From assembly GCF_006345805.1 (NCBI RefSeq), contig NW_021824957.1, forward strand, positions 1 to 17,070: DNA of 17,070 nucleotides, written 5' to 3'. Both the position numbers and the translations under genes were made by a program. Below, piece after piece: positions 9,373 through 17,070 of the stretch. The stretch comes from Octopus sinensis. Taxonomy: Eukaryota. The notes beneath the pieces are model-generated. The model was not told the DNA's origin. It did not search any database and saw nothing but the letters and a program-made list of their open reading frames with translations. Positions within the stretch are counted from its first letter, which is position 1, and every line of letters begins with the position of its first letter.

Positions 9373-10097
9373 AACACGTTTTATCCGTTCTGGTAGGGTT
9401 TTATCCGTTTTGCTAGGGTGTCATTGGGACACCCGGTTTTTCGACATCATTATGCTTGTTCGGCCAAAGCTAACCAACACTAATGAATCAAAAAGAGTCG
9501 AGACTCACGTACGTTCAGCAAACAGTTTGTTTGCTGTTCCGCGCTGGAGATCTGCCAACCGATAATAAAACATCCTACGCACGGTGAACAGCGAAAATGA
9601 AAACGGTAACTTGCATATTCAGGCAGACTCGAATAGAAAACAATTCATTTCAGAGGAATGTGTGTTCATGATACTTTCGATTCATTAGCGTCAGGGAACT
9701 TTAGATCACACGTTGTTTCGACATCGATGTTTGACTCCAACCAAAGTTAGCCCAGTCTAATGAATTTAATAAGTGTTCGTGGCACTTGCTTACAAATTCA
9801 GGAAACATTTTCTGATGAAGCCTGTTATCTGCCAACCGATAATAAAGCGTTGTTCACCGTAAAAATGCGATTTATTATATCTTAGATGTTTAATTAGAAA
9901 ATGAAACGTATTTTAGAGATTTTTAATCGAAGGCAAAAATTAATGGGAAAAGAGGAAGGGTGAAAACCACGAATAACATGGATGGATTTTATCAAGAACT
10001 GCTAGACTGATTTAAAACGGTGAAAGTGTAAGGTCAGCGCAAGAAAGACCCAAATGGCGTCCCATGTTATTGAAGTTGCTTAGAGCAGACGATATGT

Positions 10098-10142
10098 GAT
10101 GATGACGACGACGACGACGACGACGATGATGACGACGACGAT
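10098..10142. repeat. (GAT)/(GAC)n trinucleotide tract
   Basis: Direct reading. Confidence 0.9.
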
Positions 10143-10329
10143 AATATATCGAATATCTTGCAAATGTGCACATAGCTACAAAACAAATCAGAATAATCAA
10201 TTATTCCATGATTTTCTTGGTTTTCTGCCAACAAAGAGTTCTCCTGTCATTTGACTGAATGTATTAATAGAAATAATACGGAAGAGACATGCATTGACTT
10301 TAAGTAATAAACTATTCTGTGAAATAGCT

Positions 10330-10393
10330 TGTTATTGTTGTTGTTGTTGCTGTTGTTGTAACTGTTGCTGATTTTGCTGTTTTTGCTGTTGTT
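10330..10393. repeat. Imperfect (TTG/CTG)n tract
   Basis: Direct reading. Confidence 0.85.
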
Positions 10394-10510
10394 GTGGAAC
10401 TCGGAAAAGAGTAGCGACTTATCCGGTAGTATGTGGTCTACTGATCGCAAGATCATGGTTTCGTTTTCCGTAACGAGTGGTACTTTGTGTTTTTGAGCAA
10501 ATTACTCCCT

Positions 10511-10720
10511 TTACCTGTTGCTTGTTTCAGTCATTAGACTGCGGCCACGCTGGGGCACCGCCTTGAAGAATTCTAAATCGCCCCCGGTAGTTACTTTTCA
10601 AGGCCTGGTACATATTCTATCGGTCTCTATTTTGCTGAACCACTAAGTCACGGACACGTAAGCATGCCAACACCAGTTGTCAAGTGGTGGTAGGGGATAA
10701 ACACAGTTACAAAGACACAC
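10511..10720 (-). mobile_element. SINE family A, 3' half of an interrupted copy
   Basis: CTTGTTTCAGTCATTAGACTGCGGCC...GTTGTCAAG is the reverse complement of the family A tail and body. Confidence 0.88.
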
Positions 10721-10775
10721 ATACACACACACGCAAACACACACACACACATGTATGTGTGTGTATGTATGTATA

Positions 10776-11075
10776 TGGCCCAGTGGTTAGGGCAGCAGAC
10801 TCGCGGTCGTAAGATCGCGGTTTAGATTCCCAGACCGGGCGTTGTGAGTGTTTATTGAGCGAAAACACCTAAAGCTCCACGAGGCTCTGGCAGGATGGTG
10901 TTGGCGATCCCTGCTGTACTCTTTCGCCCCAACTTCCTCACTCTTTCTACTGTTGGCCTGCTCGCTTAGTCAGCGGGGTGGCGTCATTTGAAGGCTAAAA
11001 CAATGCGAAGCGCATTGTGACCAGCGATGTGTAACAACATCTGATAGCCTGGTCGGTCACGGTGATCACGGTGAT
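10776..11075 (+). mobile_element. SINE family C inserted in the internal microsatellite of a family A copy
   Basis: Reverse complement of 7177-7471; begins at the A box TGGCCCAGTGG and ends in (TA)n. Confidence 0.93.
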
Positions 11076-11102
11076 ATATATATATATATATATATAATAT
11101 AT

Positions 11103-11266
11103 GCGATGGGCATCTTTCACTTTCCGTCTACCAAATCCATTAACAAGGCTCTCGTCGGGGGAGGATATAGTAAGAGACATTTGCCCAAGGTGCCACCCAG
11201 TGGAACCGAACTTGGAATCATGGGCTTGGGAAGGAAACGTCTCACCACATTGTCGCACCTTGCACC
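11103..11266 (-). mobile_element. SINE family A, 5' half of the interrupted copy
   Basis: TTTCCGTCTACCAAATCC...TTGCCCAAGGTGCCAC...CTCACCACA is the reverse complement of the head and core. Confidence 0.88.
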
Positions 11267-11576
11267 AATTTCACGTCTTTCCAATCTATTCAGCTGCAAA
11301 CGATTAAACCTGTAATAGTCTAGCGCCCTATCCAGATGTACTGCTCTGTAATTGGCTGTATGATTCCGATATCACGTGGAAGTAATGTCTAGGCATTGAT
11401 AATGCCACCTTCCGTTTCACAACCTAAAAGCTTTAATGATAAGGGTAGTGTTACACAGTTTAGTAGCTACGAGTAATTGTTACATACCGTTCAAAATTGT
11501 AGAAAAAAAAACAGAGACATGTGAGGGAAAAACAGACAAGCTGTGTTAGTTTGACGCTCAGTAAAAATAGAAGAGT

Positions 11577-11612
11577 CTTTGACGATTCGAGCCTATGCAC
11601 GTCTACAGAAGG
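11577..11612 (-). ncRNA. Degenerate hammerhead-like motif HH-c (same subfamily as HH-a)
   Basis: Minus strand: CCUU CUGUAGA C GUGC AUAG GCUC GAAU CG UC AAAG. GAAA is changed to GAAU and stem I is weakened, so it is probably inactive. Confidence 0.55.
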
Positions 11613-11936
11613 AAAAGGAGAAAACATGGAGGGAGGTATAAAAAAAAGCGAAACAGAGAAAAATCTGTCTGTATTAACGGTTGTACATGCTGAATTTTTT
11701 TGTTGGCCATTTGTTGTTGTTGTTGTTGCTGTTTTATCCTCGGCCACCGAAAACAGAACGAACCTATGATTATAGTCACTCCAGCTGTGACCAAGAAGTC
11801 CCTTTTGTCCTATAAGTGGTCAGAGTGATTTGAGAGAAAATTGGCTATGATTCCTACCATATATAATGACCAGATACAGGCTACGTATCTCACGTGATGC
11901 AGACAGGTATTCTGTGACATGAACTGATCAAAGTAG

Positions 11937-12121
11937 TAATAATAATAATCCTTTCTACTAAAGACACAAGGCCTGAAATTGTGGGAGGGGGGAGGCTAGT
12001 CATTACACCTACCCCAGTGTTTCCCTGTTGCTTTATTTATCGACCAAGAAAGGATGAAAGACGGACAAAATGCTACGTAGCATTTTGCCCGGCGTGCTAA
12101 GGATTCTGTCAGCTCGCCGTC
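11937..12121 (-). mobile_element. SINE family B variant with an internal deletion
   Basis: Head GACGGCGAGCTGACAGAATCCTTAGCACGCCGGGC on minus is joined to a CTTTCATCCTTTC...GTCGATAAATAAAG body; (TTA)n tail. Confidence 0.8.
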
Positions 12122-12123
12122 TA

Positions 12124-12160
<37 letters not shown>

Positions 12161-12200
12161 TTAATAATAATAATAATAATAATAATAATGATAATAATAA
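12124..12200. repeat. (TAA)n microsatellite
   Basis: Direct reading. Confidence 0.97.
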
Positions 12201-12202
12201 TG

Positions 12203-12566
12203 CTAATAGAAATTGAAAAAATGTGGCATCTCAAGGCGACTACAGTACCAGTGATTGTAGGATCTCTAGGAATGATAAGAAAAGGTACTGAAACCTATTT
12301 GAAAATGATACCAGGCTTACCATCCCTACAGGAAGTGCAAAAAATCGTGTTAACTGGAACGGCTCATGTACGGAGAAAAGCATTCTTGCTGTGAAAACAA
12401 TATCCATTTATGAATTTATTTATTAATTAATTTTTTTTAAATACATATTTTACCTGTGAATTTGTGTGTGTAATCTGGGAATGCATACAATGAGCTTTTT
12501 CTGCCCTAGGTGTACGGGAACACTCGGCGAGAAACGGAAGAAAATTTGAAGAAAGAAGGAAAAAAC
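12203..12566 (+). mobile_element. 5'-truncated Dong/R4-clade non-LTR retrotransposon (C-terminal end of the restriction-like endonuclease region plus 3' UTR)
   Basis: Translates to EIEKMWHLKATTVPVIVGSLG...LQEVQKIVLTGTAHVRRK* (stop at 12394), matching the recalled R4/Dong C-terminal pattern (MW..VPVVIGALG..LQK..LLGTAHIL); flanked on both sides by (TAA)n. Confidence 0.75.
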
Positions 12567-12690
<124 letters not shown>

Positions 12691-12736
12691 CAATTATTTC
12701 CAGTACAAGGCCAGCAAGAAGGATAAAATTGTCTTA

Positions 12737-12827
12737 ACTGGTCTGATCAATAAGTATCCGGACTGTTGCCATAGTAATGAAACTAAAGCACGCAGAGTAA
12801 AGACGCTTCACACAGATTAACCTTGAA
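12737..12827. mobile_element. Solo mariner-like terminal inverted repeat and adjacent sequence
   Basis: TA then ACTGGTCTGATCAATAAGTATCCGGACTG resembles mariner TIRs from recall; no partner TIR found in the window. Confidence 0.5.
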
Positions 12828-12829
12828 CT

Positions 12830-12934
12830 AGACAGACAGACAGACAAACATATAGACAGACAGACAGATAGATATATACATACATACATACCACATACAC
12901 ACACACACACACATACATACATGCATACATACAT

Positions 12935-12967
<33 letters not shown>

Positions 12968-13065
12968 TACATACATATATACATACATACATACATACAT
13001 ACATACACACACACATACATACATACATACATACATACATACACACATACATACATAATACACAC

Positions 13066-13096
<31 letters not shown>

Positions 13097-13198
13097 TACA
13101 TACATACATACATACATACATACATCATGCATACACACATACATACACACACACACACATACATACATACATACATACATACATACATTCATACATAC

Positions 13199-13229
<31 letters not shown>

Positions 13230-13261
13230 TACATACATACATACATACATACATACATACA

Positions 13262-13290
<29 letters not shown>
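12830..13290. repeat. (GACA)n then (CATA)/(CA)n array
   Basis: Direct reading. Confidence 0.97.
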
Positions 13291-13292
<2 letters not shown>

Positions 13293-13621
13293 TTAAGAGG
13301 GAGAAAGATAGAGCAAGTAAGATAGAAAGGGGTGAAGTGGAGAGAAATATGAAATAGAGAAACGGTATTTACAGAACAGTGGCATTGCTATTTCTTGAAA
13401 AACCATTCTTACAATTCCATTCCAATCAACTAGTTTCAACTTCCTACACAATTGTTTATGTATTATTGCAGTTGTAACAATTACAATTAAGATGATGCGC
13501 TCGGAATTTCTAATTACCTTTTAATTTAATAGTCCAAGTCTGCCGAAGTCTGAAGCTTTTCAGTGCGGTTCTAGCATTATGTCGCACCTGTCGTTATTAT
13601 TGTACATTCATTTTATCACTT

Positions 13622-13650
13622 GTAGTAGTAGTAGTAGTAGTAGTAGTAGT

Positions 13651-13683
<33 letters not shown>

Positions 13684-13716
13684 CAGCAGCAGCAATGGTA
13701 GTAGTTACGTCAGGAG

Positions 13717-13766
<50 letters not shown>

Positions 13767-13810
13767 GCTGCTGCTGCTACTACTACTACTACTACTACCA
13801 CTACTACTAC
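13622..13810. repeat. (TAG)n(CAG)3 ... (CTA)n(CTG)4(CTA)n inverted microsatellite pair
   Basis: The arms are reverse complements separated by about 23 nt. Confidence 0.92.
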
Positions 13811-14448
13811 TTTCATCGTTATCGTCATTATCATAATCATCATTAGTGTAACTATTATTTTTATTATTAATACCGTCATCATATTATTGTTACTATTGTT
13901 AAATCCGCTACTACTTTTATTATCATCACCACCATCATCATCCTCACAATCATCATCATCACCATCATCATTACTCTCACCATCACCATCATCATCATCA
14001 AAGTCATCATCATTACCACAATCACTACCACCATACACCATCATCATCCTCATCATCATCATCACCATCACATCATCATCATCATCATCACCATCATCAT
14101 CATTATAATCATCATCACCATCATCATCACCATCACCACCACCACCATCATCACCATCATCATCACCATCATCATCACCATCACCACCACCACCATCATC
14201 ACCATCATCATCACCACCACCACCACCACTACCAACACCATCATCACCATCATCATCATCACCACCACCACCACCACCACCACCACCATCATCATCATCA
14301 CCATCATTATCATCACCACCACCACCACTATCATCATCATCATCATCATCATCATCACCATCATCACCAACACCACCACCATCACCACCACCATCATCAT
14401 CATCATCACCATCACCACCACCACCACCACCATCATCACCATCATCAT
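13811..14448. repeat. (CAT)/(CAC)n trinucleotide low-complexity array
   Basis: Direct reading; source of the poly-M/V/S/T ORFs. Confidence 0.95.
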
Positions 14449-14894
14449 CGTTATTATAATTCTATTGTCAGTTTATTAGGGCAAATGTCAGACATTTTAT
14501 GCACGGTCTGCTGAGTTGTCTGAATTCTCAAACTTCCATACTTCATCTATCTTCAAATTTAGTTACAAGTCTGTTAATTGTCTTCGGTGTCTTTCCTAAC
14601 ATACTCTTTACTATGTTCTACCGAACGCTTCTAATACGCATTTAAATATATATCTATTTGAATTAGCTGTCAAGGAAGTTGGGTTGTAATTTGAAATATG
14701 CGGTTCTCTATGTAAATTTTAGTATTACTAGTGGCGGATTGGTAGACTATGTGATTGAGGATTGTTAAAGTTGGTGCGCAGCTGCTTATAAACTCCCAGA
14801 TCAAGGCCACATGCTATCCGGCTGTTCCATACTTTTATGCCTGGAAAAAATATTGTATGTGTGTGCGTATATGTGTGTGTATGTGTGTGTTTTT

Positions 14895-15427
14895 ATTACT
14901 ATTTTATTATTTTATCTAGTTTCAGCTCACGAGCTGTGGCCATGCTGGGGCATGTATAAAATTTCTGGACTCAGGTGAATCAGATACCTAAATGGTATCT
15001 GAGCAAATCGACCCCCAGGATTTATTCTTTGTAAGCCTAGTACTTATTCTATCGGTCTATTTTGCTGAACCGCTAAGTTCCGAGGACTACGCACACCAGC
15101 ATCGGTTGTCAAGCGATGTTGGGGAGACAAACACAGAGACACAATTATATACACACACATACATACATACATACATACCTACATACATACATACATACCT
15201 ACATACATACATACATACATACATACATACATACATACATACATACATACTATAGCATATATACGATGGGCTTCTTTCAGTTTCCGTCTACCAAATCCAC
15301 TCACAAGGCTTTGGTCGGCTCGAGGCTATAGTAGAAGACACTTGCCCAAGGTGCCATGCAGGGGGAACTGAACCCGGAACCATGTGGTTCGTAAGCAATC
15401 TACTTACCACACAGCCACTCTTACGCC
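14895..15427 (-). mobile_element. SINE family A, full length but interrupted at 14953-15000
   Basis: Tail 14895-14952 and body plus head 15001-15427, ending ...ACCACACAGCCACTCTTACGCC. Confidence 0.9.
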
Positions 15428-15753
15428 TATGTCTGGAAAAAATATTGTATGTGTGTGCGTATATGCGTGTGTGTGTATAGATATGTATAAAAATTCTGGA
15501 CTCAGGTGAATCAGATACCTAAATTGTAAAGCACCAGTCTCCCAAAGATTATAGATAAAATGCAATGTCCTTATCTTTTAGAAGTCGAACTGAATATTAT
15601 TATTATATCCTTTCCTCTATTCTTCCTGCTGTTATAAATGGTCTCTCTTTTCTTATCGCTGTAAGGTTTTTTCCAATATTAATTACAAACCTGAGCAAGT
15701 GGATTCATTCCTCTGGCTGTTAATGGTTAGGGAACCATCAAGTGACGCAAACT

Positions 15754-16036
15754 CTTTACTCTTTTACTTGTTTCAGTGATTTGACTGCGGCCATGCTGGA
15801 GCACCGCCTTTAGTCCAGCAAATCGACCCCAGGACGTATTCGTTGTAAGCCTAGTACTTATTCTATCGTTCTGTTTTGCCGAACCGCTAAGTTACGGGGT
15901 CGCGAACACACCACCATCGGTTGTCAAGCGATGTTGCGGGGACAAACACAGACACACAACAACATACACACACACACACACACACAACACACACACACAC
16001 ACATGCAAATTTCTTGCCACACAGCCACGCCTGCGC
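15754..16036 (-). mobile_element. SINE family A with the B box and core deleted
   Basis: Tail and body intact; after (CA)n it jumps directly to the extreme head CCACACAGCCACGCCTGCGC. Confidence 0.88.
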
Positions 16037-16351
16037 TTGTTCACTCAATTTAATTCTTTAATAATTGTGTTTCTACAATCAATTCGTTTGTGGATAGCCA
16101 AGGAGGGTTGCAGATGAAATCCTAGTTCAAGGGTTGAAACATAGCATATCCGGCTATTCTCTTCTAATTTTTTATTTTTTTACTGTCTGGAAAAATGCTG
16201 TATATGCAAACGTATTGATTACAGTGTCCGTAGCATACAATGTTGGCTAAAAACGTTTCACAGATATAGACCATTGTACAGTATAACAAAGAAGCAGATC
16301 ATTATTAATATTGTTAATTTGATATTTGAATTCGCTGCCAAGAAAGCGCTA

Positions 16352-17070
16352 CACACCGAATCATTTTATAAGTAATGTTCGAGAACTGAACGAGAAGAAA
16401 AATTTCTGAATTTCATATTTTATTAAAATTCTTTCATTAACGTCATTATCATAATTTTCAATGCCCTCTTTCCAAATTATTTTATAAGTTTCTTGAAACA
16501 ATCTATGTAAAATTCTTTCGGTTTTATATTAAATAACGATGAGAGGAGAGTTACTACGTCTTTCCATGTTTTGAGAGCTAATCTGAATTAGAGCTAATCT
16601 GAAAATTTTTAAGAGCTAATCTGAAAATGATTGTGTAAAACTTCTGAATAAATGGTAATTAGATGGAGAAAACTGGTGAATATGCAGGGTGGGGAATTAT
16701 TTTCCTATATGAAGCTTTCAATCTTTCCAGACTTAATTATTGCTACAAGGGATTGCGCATTTTCATGATGTACAACCATTCCGTTATGATTCGCTAAACT
16801 TGACTTCTTTTCCTTTAAAACGGTCTTTAAGCCTGCTGATAATGTCTGCTACAATCGCTTCATTAACTGATAGCAACTAAAAGTGATTCCCAGCGACACA
16901 ATCCTGCCAAACACTAACCAACACCTTTTCGAACGGACGACGCTTTGCGGTTGAGGTTTAGCTAATTCGCCTTCGCTAAGCCATCGTCTGCCTCATTTAA
17001 CATTCTCGTAAAAGATCCACTTTTTATTACCGGACACTAATCTGTCCAAAAATGGCAATAAGCATTCAGA
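16352..17070 (-). pseudogene. Mariner (D,D34D) transposase remnant with its 3' TIR; continues beyond the right edge
   Basis: Minus-strand translation across stops and frameshifts: PFLDRLVSGNKKWIFYENVK*..KVLVSVWQD..HHENAQ..PHPAYSP..PSNYHLFRS..KEFY, matching the mariner motifs TGDEKW, HDNA and YSPDLAPSDYHLF; TIR-like CCGAATCATTTTATAAGTAATGTTC next to TA at 16350-16351. Confidence 0.93.

Noticed and set aside
9812-9850. CTGATGA on plus
   Set aside because: No stem II followed by GAAA and NUH downstream
6841-11075. tRNA genes in the SINE heads (Val(TAC)-like in D, Arg-like in C)
   Set aside because: No acceptor-stem closure or Pol III terminator, and they continue into SINE bodies; these are SINE heads, not tRNAs
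11391-11406. Hairpin GGCATT-GAT-AATGCC as stem II of a decayed hammerhead
   Set aside because: Neither CTGANGA nor GAAA flanks it
12764-12779. RFX X-box-like GTTGCCATAGTAAT
   Set aside because: One mismatch at a key terminal base, and it lies within a probable transposon end with no promoter evidence

Overview
A non-coding, repeat-saturated eukaryotic window, probably intronic or intergenic DNA from an octopus or another coleoid cephalopod (inferred from the tRNA-derived SINEs and dense microsatellites). No intact host gene is supported: almost every ORF in the supplied track is a translated microsatellite or SINE. It contains about 12 SINE copies of four families (called A-D here), including a three-headed copy flanked by a 22-bp target-site duplication and a SINE nested inside another SINE. 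It also has a non-autonomous Helitron/Helentron-like element, a 5'-truncated Dong/R4-type non-LTR retrotransposon inside a (TAA)n array, a dead mariner transposase running off the right edge, and a solo mariner-like end. The most interesting signal is four minimal type-I hammerhead-ribozyme motifs of the Penelope-like-element kind. One is on + with an intact core. Three related copies are on -; two of these share a non-canonical CUGUAGA core, and all three share an invariant downstream 11-mer CUGAGCGUCAA. Family names are from recall, with no database search run.
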